Below, in pieces: positions 48,036 through 58,021 of a stretch of 64,000 nucleotides of DNA. Each line of letters starts with the position of its first letter. Within the stretch, counting starts at the first letter, position 1. The position numbers and the translations under genes are program-made. The notes beneath the pieces are model-generated. The model was not told the origin of the DNA. It was given only the letters and a program-made list of their open reading frames with translations, and searched no databases. The DNA is from Spirochaetota bacterium. GTDB lineage: Bacteria; Spirochaetota; UBA4802; UBA5550. Location of the stretch: NCBI GenBank assembly GCA_035400945.1, contig DAONAJ010000010.1:1840-65839 (forward strand), written 5' to 3'.

Positions 48036-49096
48036 CTGCACCTCTCCCTGGCGGGAATATAGGCGCAGTACGGCTCGTCGGACAGGTAATCGCCGTTTTC
48101 GTAATAGGCACGGGCCCTGCACCCGGCGCAAAAGGTCTTGTATTCGCAGTAGCCGCACTTGCCGGTAAGGTTTTCCAGCTCCCTGAGGGACCTGAAAACA
48201 GGCGCATCTTCCCAGATTTCATGGAAAGGACGCTCTTTAACGTTGCCGACGGCAATCGGCAGGTAACCGCAGGGCTGGACGTCTCCGCGATGTGATATGA
48301 AGCAGACTCCGGTTCCGGCAAGGCATCCCCGTGTGACTGCCGCCATGCCGTCGTTTTCGAAGGTAAGTTTTCTTCCTTCGGCCTTTGCCCGCTGCCGTAT
48401 GATCCGGTAATAATGGGGCGCGCAGGTTGCCTTTAGCTCGAGATCAGTTTCTTTAGATTTATCGTAAAACCAGTTGAGCACGCTTTCGTATTTTTCCTTG
48501 GATATCATTTCGGATTCCGCGATCTCGACGCCGCATCCGACCGGGACCAGCATGAAAATATGAAGAGCTTTTGAACCGATTTTTTCGGCCAGCTTCATGA
48601 TGTCCTCAATTTCATCGACGTTCCGGCGCGATATGGTCGTGTTGATCTGGAATTCTACCCCTACCGACCTGAGATGGTCAATGCCGGCAAGGGCCTGACC
48701 GAATGAACCGGGTATGCCGCGGAACCCGTCATGGGAAGCAGCGTTGCTCCCGTCAAGGGATATGCTGACGCGCTGTATCCCGGCCTCTTTGATGCTGCGC
48801 GCAATATTTTCGTCAATCATGGTGCCGTTGCTGGCAAGGGCCGTTCTGAGGCCTTTGCTGCGCGCATACGAGGCGATCTGGAAAATGTCATCGCGGTAGA
48901 GCGGTTCGCCGCCGGTAAGAACCAGGATCGGCTTGTAATGGGAGGCTATGTCGTCGATAACGGCGGTGATCTCGCCCAGGGCAAGTTCACCGGTGAATTT
49001 GACGTTTTCAGCTTCTGCCCTGCAATGGATGCAGTTGAGATTGCATTCCTTGGTCAGTTCCCAGAAAATAAGCCGTGGGACATGGTCCATTTTCAT
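48032..49096 (-). CDS. ahbD: Radical SAM/SPASM enzyme of the Ahb pathway (AhbD-like haem synthase by size)
   Basis: CNLNCIHC, then a C-terminal CGYCEY..CAGC SPASM region. 354 aa. Confidence 0.65.
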   Translation of the reverse strand: MKMDHVPRLIFWELTKECNLNCIHCRAEAENVKFTGELALGEITAVIDDIASHYKPILVLTGGEPLYRDDIFQIASYARSKGLRTALASNGTMIDENIARSIKEAGIQRVSISLDGSNAASHDGFRGIPGSFGQALAGIDHLRSVGVEFQINTTISRRNVDEIEDIMKLAEKIGSKALHIFMLVPVGCGVEIAESEMISKEKYESVLNWFYDKSKETDLELKATCAPHYYRIIRQRAKAEGRKLTFENDGMAAVTRGCLAGTGVCFISHRGDVQPCGYLPIAVGNVKERPFHEIWEDAPVFRSLRELENLTGKCGYCEYKTFCAGCRARAYYENGDYLSDEPYCAYIPARERCR

Positions 49097-50406
49097 ATTT
49101 TGAAGAGTTCCTCGATGATCTTGATTTTCTGTTTGATTTCGTCCTTATCGTGATAGCCATTCAGGTGGAGGGCCTTGTTCTGCTTGATCGCCATTATCGG
49201 GTTGTGAAGTATCTTGGATATTATCTGCCTGGTGAGATCGTCGATGTGCTGCATGTCCTCTTCGGAAAGGTGCTTGAGCTGCCGCCTGCGATATTTTGAT
49301 ACTTCGGTGCCGCGGATTTTGTCGAAACTCTCCTGCATGTGGACGATCATGGGCACCAGCTCAAGGCCTTCATACCAGTCGATCAATTCGTTGGCGTCGG
49401 CGTTTACTATATCAAGGGCGCATTCAACTTCTTTCATGCGGTTTTTCAGGTTCTCGTCCGCTATACCCTTAAGGTCGTCGATATTGTACAGGGAAACGTT
49501 GGGCAGGTTAACCACGGACGGATCGACGTTTCTGGGAACTGCTATATCGATAATGAAAAGGGTCTGGCCGTCCCTCCTGGCTGTCGCGGATTCGATCAAT
49601 TTATATGTAAGGAGATAGTCATGGCAGGTTACAGACGTTATGATAATGTCGACCTGCTGCGCGGCGGCAGCGATATCGCCAAGGGATATTATACGGGCTT
49701 TCTTGTTGATGCGCTCAACGATGGCTTCGGCGTTATGAAACGAGCGGTTGGCGATGGTAATATCCTGGATATTGTTTTTGGTCAGGTACTTGAGTATGAG
49801 CTCGCCCATCTCGCCCGCCCCGATGAGAAGAGCGTTGCGGTTTGAAATATCTCCGCTGAATTTTGAAAGGGCAAGTTCAACGGCTATATAGGCAATTGAG
49901 AGGGGATTTTGCGATATGCCGGTACAGGTGCGCACTTTCTTGGCGGTGTTGAAGGCCTGGTGAAAGAGCCGGTTCAGCAATATCCCGCTGTTCTTGTGCA
50001 GCACGGAATCGCGGTATGCCTGCTTGATCTGGCCGAGTATCTCATTCTCGCCGATCACCATCGAGTCAAGGGACGAGGCGACGGAAAGGAGATGCGTCAC
50101 CACCTCGCGCGAGTATTTCTTGTAGATGTACTGGGAAAATATCTCCTGGGAAAGGCCGGTAAACTCCTCCAGCAGGGCGGTCAGTTTGTCAATGGTGCGG
50201 TGGATCTCGCGCGCGGAAAAATAAATTTCCACGCGGTTGCATGTGGCCAGGTAGACCATTTCATCTATGCCGCACTTCTTTGCCCGTTCGTGAAACTTGA
50301 GAAGTACCGGCTCTTCAAAGGTGAATTTTTCCCTTATTTCAAGGGGGGCTGTCTTGTGGCTCAGCCCCACCATGATGATCTCGGATATTTCGTCGCGTTT
50401 GTTCAT
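49093..50406 (-). CDS. hemA: Glutamyl-tRNA reductase
   Basis: VGLSHKTAPLEIRE, LATCNRVEIY and GAGEMG. Confidence 0.95.
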   Translation of the reverse strand: MNKRDEISEIIMVGLSHKTAPLEIREKFTFEEPVLLKFHERAKKCGIDEMVYLATCNRVEIYFSAREIHRTIDKLTALLEEFTGLSQEIFSQYIYKKYSREVVTHLLSVASSLDSMVIGENEILGQIKQAYRDSVLHKNSGILLNRLFHQAFNTAKKVRTCTGISQNPLSIAYIAVELALSKFSGDISNRNALLIGAGEMGELILKYLTKNNIQDITIANRSFHNAEAIVERINKKARIISLGDIAAAAQQVDIIITSVTCHDYLLTYKLIESATARRDGQTLFIIDIAVPRNVDPSVVNLPNVSLYNIDDLKGIADENLKNRMKEVECALDIVNADANELIDWYEGLELVPMIVHMQESFDKIRGTEVSKYRRRQLKHLSEEDMQHIDDLTRQIISKILHNPIMAIKQNKALHLNGYHDKDEIKQKIKIIEELFKI

Positions 50407-50447
50407 TATGATAACTAGCTATGTCTTCAGTTATAACGTCAGTAATT

Positions 50448-51740
50448 TCATTGAAAAATTGCGTCAAGGCTAGCGGCAACGGCAGCGGCAGTCTGCTCGA
50501 TGTCCGCGTCGGTATGCGCCGTGGACAGAAAACCCACTTCGTACCCTGAAGGGGCAAGGTAGACGCCCCTGCCGAGCATTTCGCCGTGGAACCTTGCAAA
50601 GGCGCCCATGTCGCAGGCTTTCACGCCGGCAAGGGAATCTATGCTTTTTTCCCGGGTAAAGTTAAAGGCGAAGATTGATTCGATGCGCGTGAACAGCACC
50701 TTTCCGGCGTGCCTGTCCAGCGCGGGTTTCAACAGCTCGTCGAGCTTTTCTCCCTTGCGTTTCAATTCGTCATAGGCATTGATCTTTTCGAGTTTCTTCA
50801 GGGTCTGGATGCCGGCTGTCATGGCAAGGGGGTTGCCTGAAAGTGTCCCCGCCTGGTAAACAGGGCCAAGGGGAGAAACATGCCGCATTATTTTCCGTGA
50901 AGCTCCGTAGGCTCCCACGGGCAGGCCGCCGCCGATAATTTTGCCAAGTGTGGTAATATCGGCTTTCACGCCGTAGTATTCCTGGGCGCCGCCGGGAGCG
51001 AGGCGGAATCCGGTAATGACCTCATCGAAGATGAGAAGGATGCCGTAACGGTCGCAGAGGGCGCGCACCTGCGGCAGGAAATTGACGCCGGGCAGGATGA
51101 GCCCGTAATTGCACGGCACAGGCTCCAGTATTACGGCGGCAATAGATCCGTGCTCTTTTTCAAAAACGCTGCTGACAGCTTCAAGATCGTTGAAGGGAAC
51201 CACGATCGTGTCCCGTGCCGCACCGGTCGTGACGCCGTTGGAATCGGGTGTTCCGAAGGTGGCGAGTCCCGACCCGGCGGCCACCAGCATCTGGTCGGCA
51301 TGTCCATGGTAACAGCCGTCGAATTTGACGATTTTCTCTTTCCCGGTGAAGCCCCTGGCAAGGCGTATGGCGCTCATAACGGCCTCGGTGCCGGAATTGA
51401 CGAAACGGACCATTTCTATGGACTTGAAGCGTTTGACAATATACTGCGCAAGCAGTACTTCGTATTTATTTGATGTGCCGAAGCTGGTGCCGCTTTTGGC
51501 CGTCTTTCTGATTGCATTTATGACGGAGCGGTCGGCATGGCCGAGGATCAGCGGTCCCCAGGACATGCAGTAGTCAATAAAATCGTTGCCGTCTTCATCG
51601 ACCATGTGGGCCCCCTCCCCTTTTTTCATGAACAGGGGGTTCCCGCCTACGGCTTTGAATGCCCGCACCGGGGAATTGACTCCGCCCGGCATCAGCCGCA
51701 ATGCTTTTTTCTGCAGCTTCTGTGATTTTTCAATATTCAT
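50448..51740 (-). CDS. hemL: Glutamate-1-semialdehyde 2,1-aminomutase
   Basis: GGVNSPVRAF, FDEVITGFR and TLGKIIGGG. Confidence 0.95.
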   Translation of the reverse strand: MNIEKSQKLQKKALRLMPGGVNSPVRAFKAVGGNPLFMKKGEGAHMVDEDGNDFIDYCMSWGPLILGHADRSVINAIRKTAKSGTSFGTSNKYEVLLAQYIVKRFKSIEMVRFVNSGTEAVMSAIRLARGFTGKEKIVKFDGCYHGHADQMLVAAGSGLATFGTPDSNGVTTGAARDTIVVPFNDLEAVSSVFEKEHGSIAAVILEPVPCNYGLILPGVNFLPQVRALCDRYGILLIFDEVITGFRLAPGGAQEYYGVKADITTLGKIIGGGLPVGAYGASRKIMRHVSPLGPVYQAGTLSGNPLAMTAGIQTLKKLEKINAYDELKRKGEKLDELLKPALDRHAGKVLFTRIESIFAFNFTREKSIDSLAGVKACDMGAFARFHGEMLGRGVYLAPSGYEVGFLSTAHTDADIEQTAAAVAASLDAIFQ

Positions 51741-51742
51741 CG

Positions 51743-52735
51743 CTAAAACCAGTTGTTCCTGAATATGTCACGGGTATGATAGGATATGATCATGTCTGCG
51801 CCGGCCCGGAATATCGACGTAATGATCTCCTTTGTGAGGCGGACTTCGTCGCTGAAACCGAGTTTAGCCATCGCCTTTACCATGGAGTATTCGCCGCTTA
51901 CGTTGTAGGCGCAGACCGGCACGTTGACCAGGTTGCGCGTGCGGTATATGACATCCAGATAGGATAGAGCCGGCTTCACCATGACGATATCGGCGCCCTC
52001 GGCTATGTCGAGGAGTATCTCCTTTTCAGCTTCCCGGCTGTTTCGGGAGTCCATCTGATAGCTGCTGCGGTCGCCGAACTGGGGAGCGCTGCCTGCGGCT
52101 TCCCTGAAGGGACCGTAAAACGCCGAGGCATATTTTGCCGAATACGCGAGGATGGGGAGATCGTCAAATCCGCCCGCGTCGAGAGTCGCCCGTATCGCCC
52201 CGACGCGGCCGTCCATCATGTCTGAGGGGGCGATCATGTCAGATCCCGATTCGGCGTGGGAAAGGGCGACCCGTGAGAGTATCTCCAGGGTCGGATCGTT
52301 AAGGATGTTCCCGCCGTCCACCATGCCGCAGTGGCCATGGCTGGTATATTCGCAGAGGCATACATCGGTAATGACCAGTACGCCGGGCAGGTGTTTTTTT
52401 ATCTCGCGGAGCGCTTTCTGCACGATGCCATTCCGGTCATAGGCGCCGCTGCCATCTTCGTCTTTCTTCTCGGGGATTCCGAAGAGGAGTATCTTGTCTA
52501 TGCCTGTTTTGTGATCGGCCTCAATGTCTTTCAGGAGGTTTTCAATCGAAACCCTGCTGATTCCCGGCATCGAAGCGATCGGTTCCCGGATGTTTTTCCC
52601 CTCCAGCACAAAATGGGGCATGATAAGCTTACGCCGGTCAACAATGGTTTCCGCAACGAGGTCCCTGATAAGATATGATGCCCTGTTTCTTCTGGGGCGC
52701 TGGTTTTGTGTCATTGGCGGTTCCTGCATATTCAA
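51743..52735 (-). CDS. hemB: Porphobilinogen synthase
   Basis: RPRRNR, DVCLCEYTSHGHCG (Zn type) and VKPAL. Confidence 0.95.
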   Translation of the reverse strand: MNMQEPPMTQNQRPRRNRASYLIRDLVAETIVDRRKLIMPHFVLEGKNIREPIASMPGISRVSIENLLKDIEADHKTGIDKILLFGIPEKKDEDGSGAYDRNGIVQKALREIKKHLPGVLVITDVCLCEYTSHGHCGMVDGGNILNDPTLEILSRVALSHAESGSDMIAPSDMMDGRVGAIRATLDAGGFDDLPILAYSAKYASAFYGPFREAAGSAPQFGDRSSYQMDSRNSREAEKEILLDIAEGADIVMVKPALSYLDVIYRTRNLVNVPVCAYNVSGEYSMVKAMAKLGFSDEVRLTKEIITSIFRAGADMIISYHTRDIFRNNWF

Positions 52736-52964
52736 CTGGTGGTACTATCCTATAATAAGAGTATATTTGGCAAGAAAATATTTGTTTGATCCAGGTCAAT
52801 TGTTGGCAATAATTGTCGCAAACATGGCATGATTTCTTCTCGTCTGTAACTGCGGGACAGGTAGGGGGCATTAAGTGATTATGTTCCGGGGAATAATGCT
52901 TGATTTGTACCGTCGGTTTTATTTATCTGAACAATGTTTCTATGAGTGGAAAAGGTACAGGTTT

Positions 52965-53897
52965 ATGACTACAATCAGGATCGGAACCCGCGGAAGCAGG
53001 CTTGCCCTGGTGCAGAGCGAACAGGTGCGCGACATGCTGCTCCGCAGCCATCCCCATTATAATTTTGAGCTTGTCCCCATAAAGACAACCGGCGACAGGA
53101 TCCTTGACGCGCCCCTTTCAAAAATCGGGGACAAAGGACTGTTTACCAAGGAGATTGAAAAAGAGCTCCTGGAGGGCACTGTTGACCTCGCTGTCCACTC
53201 CATGAAGGACATGCCCACGAGCCTACCGGAAGGCCTGGTGATTGGTGCGGTAACGAAGAGACTGGATCCCCGCGATGTCTTTATATCTCGCGATGGCAGA
53301 AGGCTCGGCGATCTCGCAGAATCCGACACCATAGCCACCAGCAGCCTGAGACGGAGGGCGCAGCTTCTGGCATGGAGGCCGGGGTTGAACATCATCGATA
53401 TCCGGGGGAACGTGCAGTCACGTCTGAGGAAGATGCAGGATAATTCCCTGATATCAGGCATTATCCTTGCCTATGCGGGACTGGCCCGCCTGGACATGCT
53501 GGACAAGGTGACTGAAATCATACCTGGGGATATCGTGATTTCGGCTGTTGGCCAGGCGGCCCTGGCCATAGAAATCAGGGAGAATGACCGACGCGCGCAG
53601 GAGATCGTGGCGCCACTTAATGATGAAGACACCCGGCAGGCCATAGCCTGCGAGCGGGCCTTTCTGGCCCGTCTCGGGGGCGGCTGTCAGGTCCCCATTG
53701 CGGCCCTGGCCATGGTTTCCGGAGACCGGATCACCCTCAGGGGCATGGTCGCCGGCCTGGACGGCGGTGAAGTGTTCCAGGGCACGCTTGACGGGGCCGT
53801 TTCTGATCATGATGCCATAGGCAGGGAACTCGCCCTCAATCTTCTCAATAGGGGCGCGAAAAAAATCCTTGAAGAAATATACGGACGCCCCGTGTAA
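52965..53897 (+). CDS. hemC: Porphobilinogen deaminase (hydroxymethylbilane synthase)
   Basis: IRIGTRGSRLALVQ, TTGD and GGCQVPI. Confidence 0.95.
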   Translation: MTTIRIGTRGSRLALVQSEQVRDMLLRSHPHYNFELVPIKTTGDRILDAPLSKIGDKGLFTKEIEKELLEGTVDLAVHSMKDMPTSLPEGLVIGAVTKRLDPRDVFISRDGRRLGDLAESDTIATSSLRRRAQLLAWRPGLNIIDIRGNVQSRLRKMQDNSLISGIILAYAGLARLDMLDKVTEIIPGDIVISAVGQAALAIEIRENDRRAQEIVAPLNDEDTRQAIACERAFLARLGGGCQVPIAALAMVSGDRITLRGMVAGLDGGEVFQGTLDGAVSDHDAIGRELALNLLNRGAKKILEEIYGRPV

Positions 53898-53931
53898 TAT
53901 TGTCAGGCGGCAGACATAAAGTTCCGCATAA

Positions 53932-55476
53932 ATGGAGCAGAGCATGAACAGGAAGGGAAAAGTTTACCTTGTAGGGGCGGGCCCTGGCGATTTCGGTCTC
54001 CTGACCCTGCGCGCAAAGGAACTGATAGAGCAATGTGACGTGCTTATCTACGATAACCTCGTAGGCGAGCGTGTCGTGGATTCCCTGGCCTCGCCGGGCT
54101 GTGAAAAAATCTATGTCGGGAAGAGCGGCGCGTCCCATACCATGGAACAGGAAGACATCAACGGCCTCATCGTGGAAAAGGCCAAGGCAGGCAACATGGT
54201 CGTCCGCCTCAAGGGCGGAGACCCCTATATATTCGGCCGCGGCGGAGAGGAGGCCCTCTTCTGCGTTGAGCGCGGAGTCGATTTTGAGGTAGTCAACGGC
54301 ATATCCTCGGCCTACGCGGTGCCGAACTACGCCGGCATCCCGGTTACCAACCGCGGCTTCAGCTCGTCGGTGGCCTTCATCACCGGTCACGAGGACCCGA
54401 CCAAGCTTGAAAGCGATATACGGTGGGACAAGCTGGCTACCGGCGTGCAGACGCTGGTATTCCTGATGGGAGTGAAGAACCTGCCGCTGATCATAGAGAA
54501 GCTTGTTGCCAACGGCCTTGATCGGTCCACTCCTTCGGCGGTAATACAGAACGGCTGCCAGCCGACCCAGCGCTCGGTATCCGGCACCCTGGCAGACATC
54601 GCGCAGAAAGTGAAAGAAGCCGGGATAAAACCTCCGTCGATCATCATCGTGGGCGATGTCGTCGCCCTCAGGGAGAAGATCAACTGGTTCGAGAAACGCC
54701 CCCTCTTCGGAAAAACCATAGTCGTTACCAGATCGCGGGACCAGGCGTCGGAGCTTACCTCCCGCCTCATGGAGCTTGGCGCCGGTGTCATAGAAACACC
54801 GGTGATAAAGATCCTTCCCGCAGCTGACGGCGAAGACATGGCCGGGGCTCTCAAGCACATCGCCGATTATGACTGGATCATACTGACATCGGTGAACGGC
54901 GTCGATCATTTCTACCGCCATCTCTACGGCTCCGGTCTCGATTCGAGGGCCCTTGCCTCGTCGAAGATCTGCGCCATCGGGCCGGCCACGGCAGAAAGGC
55001 TGTCTGCATACGGCATAAAGGCTGATCTTGTGCCGAAACGGTTCGTGAGCAGTGATATAGCTAAAGAACTTGCCGGACGCGGAGAGATAGCCGGGAAATC
55101 ATTTCTCCTTCCTCGGGCGGATATAGCTCCCCGTGAACTTTCCGATGCGCTCCTTCAGGAAGGGGCGAAGCTCGTGGAAGACATAGCCGTCTATCGAACT
55201 GTCGAGGAGGACCTGTCGGCAAAACCGGCGCAGATGGAGCTGCTGCGGCATATGCGCTTCGACCTGGTGACCTTTACCAGTTCCTCGACGGTGCAGAATT
55301 TTGACCGGTTGATGAAGAAGGCCGGGGTTGAGGCGAAAACGGCCATCAGATGCGCGGCCATTGGCCCCGTTACCGCCGGCACGGCGAAGGAACTCGGGTA
55401 TCAGGTAGAGATTTCCGCCAAGGTGCATACCATCGACGGCCTTGTGGAAGCGATTTTGAAATATTACGGCAATTGA
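53932..55476 (+). CDS. Fused uroporphyrinogen-III C-methyltransferase / uroporphyrinogen-III synthase (CobA-HemD)
   Basis: N-terminal VYLVGAGPGDFGLLTLRA...RLKGGDPYIFGRGGEE; C-terminal HemD-like half. Confidence 0.9.
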   Translation: MEQSMNRKGKVYLVGAGPGDFGLLTLRAKELIEQCDVLIYDNLVGERVVDSLASPGCEKIYVGKSGASHTMEQEDINGLIVEKAKAGNMVVRLKGGDPYIFGRGGEEALFCVERGVDFEVVNGISSAYAVPNYAGIPVTNRGFSSSVAFITGHEDPTKLESDIRWDKLATGVQTLVFLMGVKNLPLIIEKLVANGLDRSTPSAVIQNGCQPTQRSVSGTLADIAQKVKEAGIKPPSIIIVGDVVALREKINWFEKRPLFGKTIVVTRSRDQASELTSRLMELGAGVIETPVIKILPAADGEDMAGALKHIADYDWIILTSVNGVDHFYRHLYGSGLDSRALASSKICAIGPATAERLSAYGIKADLVPKRFVSSDIAKELAGRGEIAGKSFLLPRADIAPRELSDALLQEGAKLVEDIAVYRTVEEDLSAKPAQMELLRHMRFDLVTFTSSSTVQNFDRLMKKAGVEAKTAIRCAAIGPVTAGTAKELGYQVEISAKVHTIDGLVEAILKYYGN

Positions 55477-55505
55477 TTATTGACCGGCGGAGCCATGGCG
55501 GGGCT

Positions 55506-56612
55506 TTAATACACTATCAGGTCATCCCTGTTAATTACTTCCGGGAAGACGTTGTCGCCGAGGATTTTCTTGATCTCGCCGGTTTTTTTGCCCTTGATCA
55601 TGGCAAGCTCGTCGCTGCTGTAATTGACAATACCCTTCCCCACTCTTTTTTTTGAGCTTTCGGTTATCTCCACGACATCACCCATGTTGAAATCGCCGGA
55701 TATCCCGGTAATGCCGGAAGCCAGCAGGGATTTCTTGCCAACCTTTATCGCCTTGACCGCACCCTCGTCAATGACCAGGGCGCCGGTTGTTTTTCTCAGC
55801 GCGAGCCATTTCTTTTTTCCCAGGAGCGGCTTGTCCTTGCCGATGAATATGGTCCCTATTTTTTCTCCGGACATGATTCGGCTCAGCACGCCCCTGGTCC
55901 CGGCGTTGGCGATAATCATTTTTGCCCCAAAGCGGATGATGATCTCCGCGGCGCGGATCTTTGACATCATGCCGCCGGTGCCGTAATCCGAACCTGAGCC
56001 GCCGGCCCGCTGGTATATCTGCTCATTGATGGCGTATAGTTCCTCGACGGGCTCGGGATCGTTCATGTTCATGTAAAAGCCGTCAACGTCGGAAAGCAGT
56101 ATGAGGAGGTCGGCGTTGATGAGGCCGGCCACATGGGCGGAAAGCATGTCGTTGTCGCCGAACTTGATCTCGGTAACCGCGACTGAATCGTTCTCGTTGA
56201 CGATGGGTATTATCCCAAGGCGGAGAAGCGTTTCCAGGGTATGACGGGCGTTCAGGAACCTTGTGCGGTGCTTGACATCGTCCTCGGTCAGGAGTATCTG
56301 CCCGACGTGGAGGCCGTGTTTACTGAACTTGTTCCGGTATTCGTTCATCAGGATGGTCTGGCCGACAGCGGCAAAGGCCTGCTTTTCAGGAATGGTGAGG
56401 TTCCTGACGCTCCGGTCGAGGGAGCCGGCCCCGGAAGTTATGGCCCCGGAAGTGACGATGACCACCTGGTATCCACGCCCGCTCAGTTCGGCGACATCCG
56501 ATACGATCGCGGAAATCTTTTTCCCGGATATGATGCCGTTATCGGTCACTGAAGAAGATCCGATCTTGACGACGATCCGTTTGACATTCCGTATGAGATT
56601 CTTACGTGGCAC
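55506..56612 (-). CDS. proB: Glutamate 5-kinase (with PUA domain)
   Basis: VVKIGSSSVT, NENDSV, and a C-terminal PUA domain. Confidence 0.95.
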   Translation of the reverse strand: MPRKNLIRNVKRIVVKIGSSSVTDNGIISGKKISAIVSDVAELSGRGYQVVIVTSGAITSGAGSLDRSVRNLTIPEKQAFAAVGQTILMNEYRNKFSKHGLHVGQILLTEDDVKHRTRFLNARHTLETLLRLGIIPIVNENDSVAVTEIKFGDNDMLSAHVAGLINADLLILLSDVDGFYMNMNDPEPVEELYAINEQIYQRAGGSGSDYGTGGMMSKIRAAEIIIRFGAKMIIANAGTRGVLSRIMSGEKIGTIFIGKDKPLLGKKKWLALRKTTGALVIDEGAVKAIKVGKKSLLASGITGISGDFNMGDVVEITESSKKRVGKGIVNYSSDELAMIKGKKTGEIKKILGDNVFPEVINRDDLIVY

Positions 56613-57597
56613 TGTTCAGCTCCATGAGTCTTTCAATAACGGCCAGAAGTTCTGTGATATTCCTGCCAGTTGCCGCAGAAATGGGAAGGACATGCCTGTC
56701 CTTCAGGCCCTTGATTTCCTCTTCAACGTGCTCGTCGTCGACAAGGTCTATCTTGTTAAGAAGAATGTAATACGGTTTTTCTGTCAATTCACTATTGTAT
56801 GTGTTGAGCTCTGACCTGAGGAGATCCAGGGTGTACCGGAGATCGGCGCCGGTTACATCGAGGATGAACAGTATGGCCTTTACACGCTCTATGTGCTGGA
56901 GGAATGAGAGTCCCAGCCCGTGGCCGCGATGGGCCCCTTCAATGATGCCGGGAATATCGGCGATCTTGAAGATGGTGCCGTCATCATTCTGGATAACGCC
57001 CAGGTTGGGGACCAGCGTGGTGAAGGGATAATCGGCTATTTTGGGCCTGGCATTGGTGATCGCGGCAAGTAGGGTCGACTTGCCGGCGTTGGGAAGACCC
57101 ACGAGCCCTATATCGGCTATCAGTTTCAGGTTGAGGCTGATCCTTTTTTCTTCGCCGGGCATTCCCGGCTGGGAGAATCGCGGCGTCTGGAGCGTCGAAG
57201 ATTTGAAAAAAGCGTTTCCCTTGCCGCCGATACCGCCCGGAGCGACCAGATACCGCTGGCCGTCATCGAGGAGGTCGGCCAGCACTTCGCCTGTTTCAAA
57301 ATCAATCACCTGGGTGCCGGCGGGGACCTTGACGATGCAGTCTGTGCCGTCCTTGCCGTGCCGGTTGTTGCTCATGCCGGGATGCCCGTTCTCAGCCTTG
57401 TATAACCGGTCTTTGAACAGATGGGAGAGATTATGGAGCATTACCTCGGCCTGGACATAAACATCGCCTCCCTTTCCTCCATCGCCACCGTCGGGTCCGC
57501 CCCAGGCAATGAATTTCTCCCGGTGAAAGGAGACCGCTCCCTTCCCTCCGTTGCCGCCCTTGACCCGTATAAATGTTGTATCTGTGAATTTTGGCAC
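56602..57597 (-). CDS. obg: GTPase Obg (short form, no extended C-terminal domain)
   Basis: FIRVKGGNGGKGAVSFHREKF, GLPNAGKST, and Gly-rich Obg fold. Confidence 0.95.
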   Translation of the reverse strand: MPKFTDTTFIRVKGGNGGKGAVSFHREKFIAWGGPDGGDGGKGGDVYVQAEVMLHNLSHLFKDRLYKAENGHPGMSNNRHGKDGTDCIVKVPAGTQVIDFETGEVLADLLDDGQRYLVAPGGIGGKGNAFFKSSTLQTPRFSQPGMPGEEKRISLNLKLIADIGLVGLPNAGKSTLLAAITNARPKIADYPFTTLVPNLGVIQNDDGTIFKIADIPGIIEGAHRGHGLGLSFLQHIERVKAILFILDVTGADLRYTLDLLRSELNTYNSELTEKPYYILLNKIDLVDDEHVEEEIKGLKDRHVLPISAATGRNITELLAVIERLMELNSAT

Positions 57598-57686
57598 CTG
57601 CGCGGTTTCCTCTTCTGGATGGTTCGTGATGTTTTTGATAGGTCCGGACCCGTCTGCATGAAAACCATGAAAGACGGTATAAACAA

Positions 57687-57717
57687 CAAATCGCGTATCA
57701 TTATTATACGCGATTTG
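57687..57717 (-). terminator. Hairpin terminator downstream of rpmA
   Basis: 12-bp perfect inverted repeat CAAATCGCGTAT / ATACGCGATTTG with a 7-nt loop, followed by a T-rich tail on the minus strand. Confidence 0.6.
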
Positions 57718-57743
57718 TAATCCGACAAGTATTTTAACTAAAA

Positions 57744-58001
57744 TTACGCCTGGGGGTAAACAGAAACCTGCGTTCTTTTTTTATCCTTTCTTTCGAACGT
57801 TACCACTCCGTCTATGAGGGCGAACAGGGTGAAATCCCTGCCGCAACCTACGTTATTGCCCGGATGGATACGGGTCCCGCGCTGGCGGACGATTATGGTG
57901 CCGCCCTTGATGAGCTGGCCGCCGTAACGCTTTACGCCGAGCCGTTTTGAGTTGGAATCGCGGCCGTTACGTGTAGAACCGCCTCCTTTCTTATGTGCCA
58001 T
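57744..58001 (-). CDS. rpmA: 50S ribosomal protein L27 (no N-terminal propeptide)
   Basis: Starts [16 protein letters not shown], as in E. coli. There is an in-frame stop two codons upstream of the ATG. Confidence 0.95.
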   Translation of the reverse strand: MAHKKGGGSTRNGRDSNSKRLGVKRYGGQLIKGGTIIVRQRGTRIHPGNNVGCGRDFTLFALIDGVVTFERKDKKRTQVSVYPQA

Positions 58002-58021
58002 GACTTACTCCTCTATGATCG

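Noticed and set aside
53845-54921. Long antisense ORFs inside GC-rich genes, for example 358 aa opposite cobA-hemD. Others are 10789-11682 opposite secA, 24291-25268 opposite ftsH, 45835-46809 opposite the AhbC-like gene, 18982-19767 opposite the 7TM-HD gene and 13120-13929 opposite secA and the mutase gene.
   Set aside because: Their translations are low-complexity (Arg/Pro/Gly/Ala-rich) with no recognisable motifs, while the opposite strand encodes full-length, motif-rich housekeeping proteins. They are typical shadow ORFs.
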